This document shows positions 13,536-29,454 of a stretch of DNA of 64,000 bases, one piece after another. This DNA is from Schmidtea polychroa. Taxonomy: Eukaryota. Location of the stretch: the NCBI GenBank assembly GCA_044892525.1, contig CM097885.1, positions 12,278,001 to 12,342,000 of the forward strand. The letters run 5' to 3'. Positions within the stretch are counted from its first letter, which is position 1. Each line of letters begins with the position of its first letter. The notes beneath the pieces were generated by a model. It saw only the letters and a program-made list of their open reading frames with translations, had not been told where the DNA came from and ran no database searches. The position numbers and the translations under genes are program-made.

Positions 13536-13789
13536 AATCCTTTAAATCCAGCATGACCTCTAATATGCAACTCAACAAATCGCTCGAACATTAGTTGACC
13601 TATATAGATGCCCTTGCCCATTAATGCAAACAAAACTCGTTTTTGTTACCATAGCTCGATTCTCAACCGCCACAAATCCTATTCAAAAACGTGATGTGAC
13701 GAAACTGCACGGAGTCCTTAGTTCCAAGGTGTCAACAGAAGACACAAACTCGATTGTAAAGATGAAAATTCAGATACTTTTCATAGAAA

Positions 13790-14110
13790 TTACTTTATTT
13801 TTAATTAATTTTATTTTATTTTCAACATAGTCTTTTTTTAGATCGATACATTTTGTCCAACGATTTTCCAATTATTTTAACCAGCCCAAAAAAACGCTTT
13901 TCTCCGAATCTGAAAAATAATTCTCTGTTTCGGTTATGACCTCTTAATCTATGTATAATCATTATGTATAATCATTTTCTCATGATATCAACATGTTAGG
14001 CATCACTTACTAAGAGGTTTTCATCATTAAAAAAATTGGCTTTGCCATTTTGTCCACATTCGGGTCCACTTATAAATGTGAGTAAATATTTTCACAAAAG
14101 AAATTTATTT
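13790..14110 (-). mobile_element. Mariner transposase remnant
   Basis: Minus strand gives EVITETENYF and LENRWTKCIDLKKDYVE, typical of the mariner C-terminus. Confidence 0.7.
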
Positions 14111-15081
14111 TAAGCAAAAACAGAAGCATTTTGATCCTAAATTTTCGAATTAATTTACAATTTTATTCCATTTTTATAATCAATTTAATGTTAATTTTAT
14201 CATTTCTGGTTAAATAAAATAGCTTGACACAAAAAGAAAAATTTAATCATAAATATTCTAAAATAATTTATCGTTAACAATAGCAATAAAGCAGCATTTT
14301 TATTGAATTGCAGTGCTGTTGCTATATGCGTGTGCGTGCGTGTGTGTATGTCTGCGAGGAATTGTTCTGCTATGCACCAAGAAGCATTGATTTGTTCCAA
14401 AATAAATTCCAAAATAACGCCCTTAAAGAATAATTTCAAATTGGCAATGACTTTATCACATTATTAAAACAAGTATTTCATTTGAAGCGTGGAGATCAAC
14501 AACTCCTATAAAATATTAAAATCTTTGACATAATCATCGATTAAAACAGATATCTAAAAATTATGTAATTATCAATTAAACAAAATTTATATTTAACAAA
14601 ATATTGGTGGGAAGTATCGCAAATAAAAACAACGGGGCCCCAAATTTCACCAAAACAATTCATGATAGTTGAAGATTCGTGTTTAGCTGGGGTCCACGTT
14701 TCTATCAATTATTTTAACACATTAAAATTATAATTCTAACAGTTTGAATATTTTGCCGTAAATTTTATTCAATGATTATTTGTTATATTGAACTATAATA
14801 CAATTGCACCAATGTTTTCATATAATATTAAAAATGATTTAATACTGACATTATACAGACTAAACATCATTTTTGTTTAAATGAAGTAACTTAACGATTT
14901 TCTGTGTGTTTTAAACAATAGAGAAACGAAATAGAGAATTTATATTTAACCTATAGAATTAATTGTTTAAATGAATAGAAATAAAAGCCAATCAGTAACT
15001 CATATAATAATTATATAATAAATTTAACAGCAAACTAGTTTAAATTTTGTTATCTTATTGTAAAATATTTGCTACTATAAA

Positions 15082-15537
15082 ATGTCTGTGAAAATAAATG
15101 TGGTTTACTGGTAATTTTGTAATTTAATTAAAATTCAATTAATTGTTTATTCAAATCCAGCGGTGCCTGAGGATACTCGTCTAAGGTAAAGAAATATATA
15201 ATTATTTTTAGCAGCACTTTTGAAAAAAATTTATTTAGTTTCAGAGCTTTAAAAAGGATCTGGAGCTTAAGTTTCCTCAGAAATTAACTTTTGTCAGTAA
15301 TTTTTAAGTAATTGAATGTTTACATTTGGTTTCCGATTTCAGACATCGAGTGCCACTCCAAAGCAAACCGGATGGTTCGAGGTTGAAGTTAATGGAACTC
15401 TTGTTCATTCAAAAAAGGTTGGAATTTTCATATAGAATATTTTGGATAAATAAAATCTGTAGAACGGCGATGGCTTCGTTGATAATAATGAAAAGAAGAA
15501 GAAAATCTACGATGCCGTTACAGAGGCCTTGAAATAA
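15082..15537 (+). CDS. SELENOW: Selenoprotein W paralog B, copy 2 (85 aa, Sec13)
   Basis: Exons 15082-15110, 15161-15185, 15239-15292, 15343-15417, 15463-15537 give MSVKINVVYCGAUGYSSKFQSFKKDLELKFPQKLTFTSSATPKQTGWFEVEVNGTLVHSKKNGDGFVDNNEKKKKIYDAVTEALK. TGA at 15168-15170. Confidence 0.95.
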
Positions 15538-15582
15538 ACATTTGTAGTGGTCTAAAATCTTAGTTTTAGTTATAGAATTGAG

Positions 15583-15649
15583 AGCTAATTCAGTGATGGT
15601 TATTGATAAAAATCTTTTTTGATTTTCAATAATTTGATGTTATTTAGCT
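15583..15649 (+). promoter_or_regulatory. SECIS element (type II, GUGA core) of SelW-B copy 2
   Basis: Helix I agctaa/ttagct; core GTGA 15593-15596 and TGAT 15635-15638; helix II ggttattga/tcaataatt; apical AA plus aaatc/gattt mini-stem. Confidence 0.85.
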
Positions 15650-16556
15650 ACCAATAAATAGTATTCATAATTTGTCTTTATTGTTCTTATTGTTATTGAT
15701 TATACACGGAGAGACATTTCCTTTATCTTCATTACTTTTTAGACTATCGATCAATAATTTGTTTTATATTCAGAAAGATATTGAAGATTGCATAATTATT
15801 GGGTATTTATGAATGTCGTTATCAATATCTAACTCCTTGGTGTCGTAAGTTAAATTAATCGTACAGTCCAACACAAAAACGTTTATTCGAAATCACCACA
15901 ATTACAATTTTATTAACCACATACTTTAATATAACAATCTCTCTTTCCACTACTTTCAATAACACTTTTTATTCTACACAATTATCAATAGCACTTAGTC
16001 TGGCGTAGTGATAAGCCTGTGATAAATTCAATATAATTGAAAAAAGCTTTATTGAAAATTCAAAATCAAGAAATCATCGAATTAGAATTTGAAAACGGGT
16101 CAGATGTAAATGAGATGATGGGAAAGGTCATGTCGAGAATGGATATTTTGATTATCTTATTTCTATTTTTGAATATTTATTTTGGTTTAATAAGCAATGC
16201 TGATATTGATTACAAAGAGGGGTTTTTCTGAAAACGTTGGCTCCCTATGGGCTCGTGTGGGGCCCAAGGCGATTACCTTATTCGCCAACTCGCTGCCCAC
16301 CTCTCATTTTCTAATAATTTTAAAATTAATATTTTTCAAGATCTTAATAAATTAATAACCTAAACATAATTAAATAAATTTCTCAAAATCATATTTAAAA
16401 CATGAATATAAATTCAAAATGGCGGCTTCCTAGTAACATTAGTGTAAACATTCAGATTTAGAGATAAGTTCAAAGTGTGAATAAATAATTAATTGAATAA
16501 GATAATAAATAAATAATATTCCAAAAACATTTGGTAAAAGCCTAACAAATCTATTG

Positions 16557-16624
16557 ATTACCAGAAAACATCAAATCGCTGCAAATCAATGATTTTTAAC
16601 AACAATTTTCATCGAGTTGGCAAT
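16557..16624 (-). promoter_or_regulatory. SECIS element (AUGA core) of SelW-A copy 2
   Basis: Reverse complement of 5182-5249. Confidence 0.88.
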
Positions 16625-16656
16625 ACAAAATAAAACTATTTAAAAACTAAAAATGT

Positions 16657-17114
16657 TCATTGTTTCAATGCTTTAGCTATCTCATCGAAGATCTTTTGTA
16701 ATTTTTTGTCGTTATCAACAAATTCATCGCCATTCTTAAATAAAACACATAAGCATGAAATAAAAATCCACTGTAATACCTTTTTCGAATGAATCAGTTT
16801 ACCATTTACTTCTACTTCAAACCATCCAGTTTTGGTCGGAGTTGAAGTCGAAGTCTTGGAAAGAAAATAAATTTAACCCAAAGGAAAAATACAAAAACTT
16901 ACAATGGTTAGTTTGTTTGGAAATTCAAGTTCCAGATCTTTCTTCAAGCTCTGAAACTAGAAATTATATAATTCATTTACCTATCCAATGTTTAACCGAT
17001 TACCTTGCTTCCATAACCTCATGAGCCACTATATAATTAAAATAAATAAAATTAATAAAATGCCCATATTAGAAATCAATCTTACCAATAAGTCACAACA
17101 ACCTTGACACTCAT
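16657..17114 (-). CDS. SELENOW: Selenoprotein W paralog A, copy 2 (86 aa, Sec13)
   Basis: Mirror of 4692-5149; Sec TGA at 17019-17021. Confidence 0.94.
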
Positions 17115-18422
17115 AATAAAATAATGAAAGTCCACAAGAATTACCACAACAAAACATCGCTTATTGAATATATTTAAACACTTAAACTAATAAATAGTAA
17201 TTTATCTCGATTTCAAATTGGAAATCAATTCATTTGAAATGTTTATGTGCATTTTTCATTATGTGTGTAAAAAAATATAAAAATTTAATATGTTAGGAAT
17301 ATCTAAAATAGAAAAATTAAAGTTATCAAAATAATTTTAAAATGAATCGGAAAGACAAACAAAAGTAAAAAGCAGCAGTTTTAATTATTTAAATTATAAT
17401 GAATAAAAAATCAAAAATGAGATGAGGATAGCAGGAAATCAATAAAACTAACTAATTTATTAATTAATAGGGATTTTGAAAGTCGGCACCGTTTGAAAAT
17501 AAAAAAAACAGAAAATGAGAAACAAATATCATGACATCTTAAAAAAAGTTTCAATGATCTGTTTGGAAATAGTTGCGTTGTTTAAATTGATCTGTTAGAA
17601 ATAAACTTAATATGAATGGAAAATGACTAAAGCTGCCGGACCGTTATTAAATATGTGATCCTACACAGGGTCGTAGTGAGCTATAATTGCGCCCTGTGCC
17701 AAGCAGGAATCTGGCGTCCCAAATTTAATTATGTTGGTAAATATCGAATATAATTTATTAAAATGTATATAATATGTTGAGGTTACTCGAATTTCAACGT
17801 GATGGTTCTTATATAAATAAAACACAAACAACTTTTAAAGAATTTTAATTTAACACACTGTTGACCGGCAATTTTGGGTTTTGGCATGAAAACACGAGTT
17901 AACGCGTGATCGGTCAATAATATGCTAATATAACACTGATTAGTTCCAAAAAATATCAATTACCTTGTACATTTAGTTATATAATATTTAGGAGCTGAGA
18001 TGTATATGTGTATAGCTAAATGCAGTTTCCTGAGGTCGGATATGTTTTATAAGTATTCTCAAAATTATGTTGTAATATCAATTGCTGAATTTATAACTCT
18101 TCAGAGTATATATAATTTTATGGGTGGTTTGACCGAGGAAAACGTTGGTTTGTATTTTTCCTTCATTAACAACTTTCTATTTTTAAAAGTACAGTCAACA
18201 GTTACTATTTTTAGTATCCTCGAGATTTCCAACATCTCTGACGTTAGAAGTGTAATCTCATGTTGTAGAGTACTCGTTATAATCGTTTTATTATATAATT
18301 GTTCTTAATTATCTTCATAATCTGTTATAATGCATTCTACTTCCTCAACATACTTTTTGTTTAAATCAGTGGGTATAATTTAATGTAATTCCCATATTCA
18401 TAACCCTTAGTATTTATTATCA

Positions 18423-18525
<103 letters not shown>

Positions 18526-18950
18526 TCAACATTACACTTATTGGTACTTAAAAATATGTTTTAGACATTTAACATTGTTGTGACACTGAGTGTATCTAAT
18601 ACATAATAGGCTACATACATTGTTATAAACACAAAATTAATAAACAAGTTAATAATCATCAAATAAGTCACAGAATGGTCATTGAAATGAATCATATAAT
18701 ATCATAAAGTATCATTATTAGAATATTATCTCTGTAGTTCATGATTATTCTTGTACATTTATTTTTGGTTTAAGAAATATATTCATTTTTAATTTCTTAC
18801 ATTTAGGCTAAAATTATTTTGAGTTCAAAAAAAATAAAACAGTACAAATCATTAAAATGTTTTATAGTTGTACAGACATTACTACTTCTATATTTTGGTA
18901 GAGCGCTACTCAGCTTAACTAGCTACTGTTCATATTGTTGTGAGAATAAG

Positions 18951-19142
18951 TTAGGGTTAGAGTTAGGGTTAGGGTTAGGGTTAGGGTTAGGGTTAGGGTT
19001 AGGGTTAGGGTTAGGGTTAGGGTTAGGGTTAGGGTTAGGGTTAGGGTTAGGGTTAGGGTTAGGGTTAGGGTTAGGGTTAGGGTTAGGGTTAGGGTTAGGG
19101 TTAGGGTTAGGGTTAGGGTTAGGGTTAGGGTTAGGGTTAGGG
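18951..19142 (+). repeat. Interstitial telomeric array (TTAGGG)32
   Basis: 192 bp, 32 units, one TTAGAG variant. Confidence 0.98.
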
Positions 19143-21082
19143 TACATCGTATTCATTTAGCCACACCGTATTCAATTGAAACAATTAATAAGCTTGCAAA
19201 CATAGATTGTTGCATACCTTAACTGATATTTTCAATGTTTCATTACAATCTCAATATTCAAACAAATATTAATTATGATATAAAACTATTTTTAAATTTA
19301 AAATCAAACAATTATTTTAAATCTTATAACTTATTAAATTTTTGTAGAAATTAGAAAAATTTATTCCATCTTGAAATTTGCCTTCATCATGCCCCCCATC
19401 ATGCTTTATGTCCTGCGCCATGAACCAGGGGCTCATTCCCTTTATCCAGCACGGGCCCTACAGCAAAATTCCATAAGAAAATAATTAAATTAGTCAAATA
19501 ATCAGATATATCTAACCCATAACAGTATGCGAGTTCTTTTCTATGTGCAGGACGTAGTCTAGAATTCCTTTCTTAAAAATATAAATATCTTCAAATTTGT
19601 ATAACACACTTGTGATTAATAAAAATCTCTAAATAAAGAATTCCCTCCAGTACAGTTGCCATACTGCTTACAACAAAGACCTATTAAGTCATCTCTTTGA
19701 CATTTTTATGAGATGTCATTAATGATTGAAAATTAATATTAAAGATGTGAAAATTGACACGTGAATTAAGAGAAGTGAAACTGTTAAGTTAAAGTTTGGA
19801 CAACCGAGTCCACTGTGTACAGATATCTAAACCAGAAATATTAAATAGTGTTTATGGAAAATTGTTATGCAAATTTGTAATTGTTTAATCAGTTTGTGTA
19901 GCTGTAATCAATAAAACTGAGAATAACTTGTAATTGTGCTAATCAATAAATTTTAATTATTTAGGGTTCATTGTTATTGTTATAAATAGATTTTCAATTT
20001 CCCTTAATAAACAAGAATATTTTATATCATTAGACTGACTATATAAGATGATATATAAATTTCATTAAAAATTTTAATTTAATATTTAATTATATATATT
20101 TGTTATTATGTATTTGTATGTTATTCGACTCGTAATATATTGTTCTATAAGGTGACATCAAGATAATGTCAAAAAATAGATTTCGAATTTTTTCCTTTTA
20201 CATGCAACTAAAGCTAAAATCAAAATAATTTTATGTTGGTAAATTTGGCTTTAAATTCTTTACAATGTGATATTAAATTCATTGATATTGTCTAATCAAT
20301 ATTTTTAAGCTGTTCTGTTGCGTAAAAATTATAGTTAGGAAAGATAAAAAGGATAGTCTTGACTGACCTAGAAGTTGCGCGGGTGCATGACGCACAATGA
20401 GTTTGAGGTACTGTAATAAATTACACAAAAAAATTAACTTCCCGCGCATCTAAATTAAGTTAAATTAGAAATACAAATGTTAGGCAAAACTGAATTTAGC
20501 CCCACATACCAATACCATGATCGGTATGCGTCGGAAAATACAGCACTAAGTAAAGTTAAAATATAAACACATAAGACATCAAGTAAACTTACACAACACC
20601 GAAATGATAAAACACAGAAATAAAATGAAACAGGTGTTGGGGCTTAAGGGGTGTGTCATTTGAATGTTCTAGGGTTGCATATGGATTCGGTATCGACTCT
20701 TCCCTAAACGCCTTCATGATTATTTTACTTTTTACCATCTATGCACCCACGGCAACGACCATTTTGGTAATGTACACAGTGCCTGAAAATCAATGAACAG
20801 GTGAGCTCTACTACTAAAACTACTGGGCATTACATTACATAAATCAACCCGTGCCTTCTCTTTCGCCTCTTCACAATGCCTACTCCTCTAGAAAAAAATC
20901 ATATTAACATATAATTATTAACGACAACATTATCATTTTTAGGTTGTGTCTGAAAACATTGTTAAATTTTGAAGAAATGAATAATGAAAAAAACAAAAAA
21001 TAAAAATGAAATCAGACGTTAAAATTTATTAACTTAAAATTACTTTAAACAAAAAAGAGCTTACCACAAATGCATAAAATTC

Positions 21083-21663
21083 TGGTCTAAGACAAAAGGC
21101 CAACAGAGATAAAGGCCGACAAAGTAATTTTATATCTCTTCTACGATGCCATTTGTCACCTAATACTTAACAATGAACTTTGAACAATTATTTTATACTC
21201 ATGTATACTTTGAATTACTTATAAAAGTTGATGTTTGATTTCGTTATTTATTGGATAGACATATTATGGTATAGGTAGATAGGATAAATAAACAATTAAA
21301 ATAACATCATTTATTTAAAGAAAAAGATGCAGAAAAATATTTCTACAATAAAAGTCTAAAAACTTAAATTATACGTTATTCCCCGTAAAAATTATAACGT
21401 TGTTGTATTATGTCGGTCCTTTTCAATAGTTGCCAATCTTTGGTTCTTCTCTACATATTGTTTTTTGCGTTAAGGGTGTGTCTGCCCCAGAATTATGAAT
21501 TCCATTTCACCTGCAGCGCGGAATTGTTCGTGTCTTAGCTGCTTAATTATGTAGTATATTCCAGGATGATTTTTTTGTTTACTTTTGTTCATGTCGGCTT
21601 TTTGTCCACGTCGGCCTTGTGTTTGTTGGCCTTTTGTTTCTGTCGACCTTTTGTCCACATCCC
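21083..21663. mobile_element. MULE-like non-autonomous element
   Basis: Subterminal gacaaaagg repeats inverted at the two ends; 9-bp flanking duplication ataaaattc (21074-21082, 21664-21672). Confidence 0.7.
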
Positions 21664-22142
21664 ATAAAATTCATAAGCATCGAAAATTGAGAACCAGTTA
21701 ACAAATTCACAAATTCACAAAACCAGTTTACCGAAGGATTTTTTGAAAAAATGAATTTCCCGTCGGTATTTATACTGATTATAATTGTTCACCTACGTAT
21801 TTTATCCCACTCTATCCAATCGGAATGCGTGTAATTTTGATTAACTGTGCATCCATAAACGAGTGCTGCCAGATTTAATTTGCATAGTAATTTTATTTTT
21901 TTATTTCATTTCATTATTTCATCATCAATTAATAATAATACAATGTGAATTTATATATTTCAAAAATCGTATGGCATAAATATACATTTATATAAAATGT
22001 AGTTTTCAATTAAATCACAGTTTTAAAATAAATAAAATAAAGTTTAGTATTACATTATCTTATTTGTTAAAATGAATTACATTAACAAAATTTATATTCA
22101 AATTTTTCAAATTCCAATTGAAATTGAAATTATTAATTTCAA

Positions 22143-26693
<4,551 letters not shown>

Positions 26694-26874
26694 ACAATCG
26701 CTATTGCTGAGGTTTTAAGAAATAAAAATTGTTTTCGTTTTTTTTGTCGTATTGTTTTATTGCAGTTCAAGCTGGTATCAATTATAATATCAACGCCTAG
26801 AACATTGAACATTTTATCATTAACTAAATATACCGAGTAAATTAGAGGGATAAAAATTAATAAATTCAATTAAG

Positions 26875-29391
26875 TCAATAATTTGAGTATTCGTGTCGGT
26901 GCTGATCGGTGGCCTCGCGGATCAATCCGTCAATCATGATAAATGCTCTTAAATTCGCGTTTGTTTTATTGATAGTTTTATTTAGCAATTCCTTCATGAA
27001 GAATGTCTGTAAATCTGGAAATAAATTATTAATAAATCAATTAAAAAAAAAATTTTTTTTTATAAAAATCAATATTAATAATTTTTTTTATTGACAAGCA
27101 AATTAATTTTTGTGCTTAATGTGCTTGTGCAGATTGATGTAGCTAAGAAATTGCCAATCAATATAATATGCAAATATTTGTTTAATTAGTCAAACAAATT
27201 TGGCATTTAATGTAATTAAAACATTTTTTCTTTAAGAAATATTGTTTTATGATTGTAATTTTCACCCAAAATAATTAAAATTCAATATTCCACCAAATAA
27301 ATAATATTTTACTATTTATGTAATTCTTACCAAAATGATTAAAATCCAATATTTCACCAAAAAACTATCGTATTTAAACGCATAAAACTTGCACTGAAAA
27401 TTTCAGCAATTAAAACAAATCGTCTATAACTGGTAATCACTTTTCCCCGCATTTTTAAATTTTTTTAAATTTAATTTTTTATTATTTTGAAAAAATACTT
27501 TTTTACACTGAAACGTCTTTTAATGTAACGTTTTCCTTTTTTATTAAAAGTTATAAAAGTTAAAAGCAGAAATAATAGAGAAAAAATATTTCAGAAAATT
27601 TAACAATTGCGAGTGAATCAATTGAAAAAATGTAATTTTCAATGAATTTAATTCTTTTGTAATAAGTGTCATATCCAGTAATGCAAACTCTGATTTCAAT
27701 AGATTTTCAAGTAGTGATAATTCTGAAATGGAAGAAATATAATAAATTTTAATTTTGTTAAAAACAATGAGTTTAAATAAAAATAATATTTAAACCACTT
27801 TTTCCCTCACCCATTTTAACCTGCATTTTGCCCTTCTAAACAACTAAAATACACGCTAAAATATGTTAATATTTTAACCTTAGTTAAAAGTGCCACGTTG
27901 CTAGAGGAAAATAGAAATTTTGCGCACTAACCAGGTGTAGGGAGAGGGATCCCACTCTCTTTAAGTAGTCACATAAATACACATTCTGAATAAAAAAACA
28001 ATAAACAAGAATCGACAAGTATGAAATGGAGATCGTATTAGCTCGTGGTTAATGTATATAATTCTTGACAAGCATGAGATTTGATATGTTTTTTGATGTT
28101 TTACTTTAACGACTCATTCCTGAACTTGAATACGAAATTTGGTTGTTTCGGCAACCCAAGGTGGTAACACAAGCGATCTCAGAAACGTCATAAAGTGTTT
28201 CCGGAAAAGTTCTCTTTTCTTTGTATACAAAAACATGTCCCTAGAATCAGGTTATCTGGAGAAAGGGATGTGAAATATCAAAAGCACCGCGGTTTTTGTG
28301 GTGTCCGAAGCGCTCCTGATAGGCCTTGAAAATCTGAGGGAGAAGTTATAAATTTAGTTTCAAGACGTACCGATATCCGCAGCAGGTCTCCAAAGTGAGC
28401 AGCCTATAGTCTTAGAACAATGTAGGTAAGGGAAGTAGGCAAATTAGATCAGTACCTTCGGTAAAAGGATTGGCTCTATGGACCAGGTATGATGGGCTTA
28501 ATCAAGAAGTCGATTGATTTGGAATTGGACTATTTTGATTCTGTTTGGGGCAACCTGAGATCTAGTTGAAATGAAAGTTTTTCGACTTGATTGATGGGAG
28601 GGATAGGTTATGATTTGTGAGTTTTCGGATTCATGGTCGTCATTGTGCAATTAACGGTCAATCTAGAACTGGCAAAACAAAGTTGCCTTTAAAATTTTGT
28701 TTAATCTGATGACAAAGTGAAGTTAACATAGAGAGTTTAAAAAGATAAATCAATCATTCACTGACACTTATATTGTACAATGTGAAAGACTTAGAAGAGT
28801 GGTGTTGAATATTCCAAATGTAACCAATGTTCCATTTAAACTGCTATATGATAATTCTTGAAGATGAAGAAATTTTGAAATAAATAATTTCATCAAAATG
28901 TGTTTATTTTACAAATTTTATGTACATACCCCCGCTCCCAATAAAAAGCCTTCCACATTTTTCCCATGAAAATACAATTACAATCCCTGGTTTTTATTTA
29001 GTAAAACACGGTACTCGATTAATCCAACAAAAAATTCCCAAGCTAACGAATCGTAAAACTGTTTATTTCAATAATCGAGTGGGGGTGGAGATTTTTTGGG
29101 GAAAATAATTTGAAAAAATTAAGTAAGTGATTAAAATTAAGAAAAATTTATTTTAATGCTTTGAAAAATTATTTAATATTAAAAATATTTACCTAATTCT
29201 ACTGGATCTCTGAAATAACCATTGACATAAAGATTTTCAAATGATAATGGCATTAAAGGTTCTAGTAACTTTTGAGAAAATAAACTGGTAATAATTTTTT
29301 TCCCAGTTTCCAATTTTAAAGCTGCTAATTCTTTAGCCTCTTTAAGTCTTCTTTGATATTCTTCTCTAAAATTTTAATAATAAAATTTAGC

Positions 29392-29454
<63 letters not shown>

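Larger units (their letters stand above)
14150..17853 (-). repeat. Right arm of large inverted duplication (palindrome)
   Basis: Reverse complement of 3953-7657 (coordinate sums 21806/21807). Confidence 0.97.

Noticed and set aside
3953..17853. Arms as TIRs of one giant DNA transposon
   Set aside because: No TSD or defined termini; homology decays gradually outward; arms contain host genes; the spacer is unrelated TE debris.
20350..20900. Higher-GC patch, possible retroelement or ncRNA
   Set aside because: No recognisable motif, ORF or structure.
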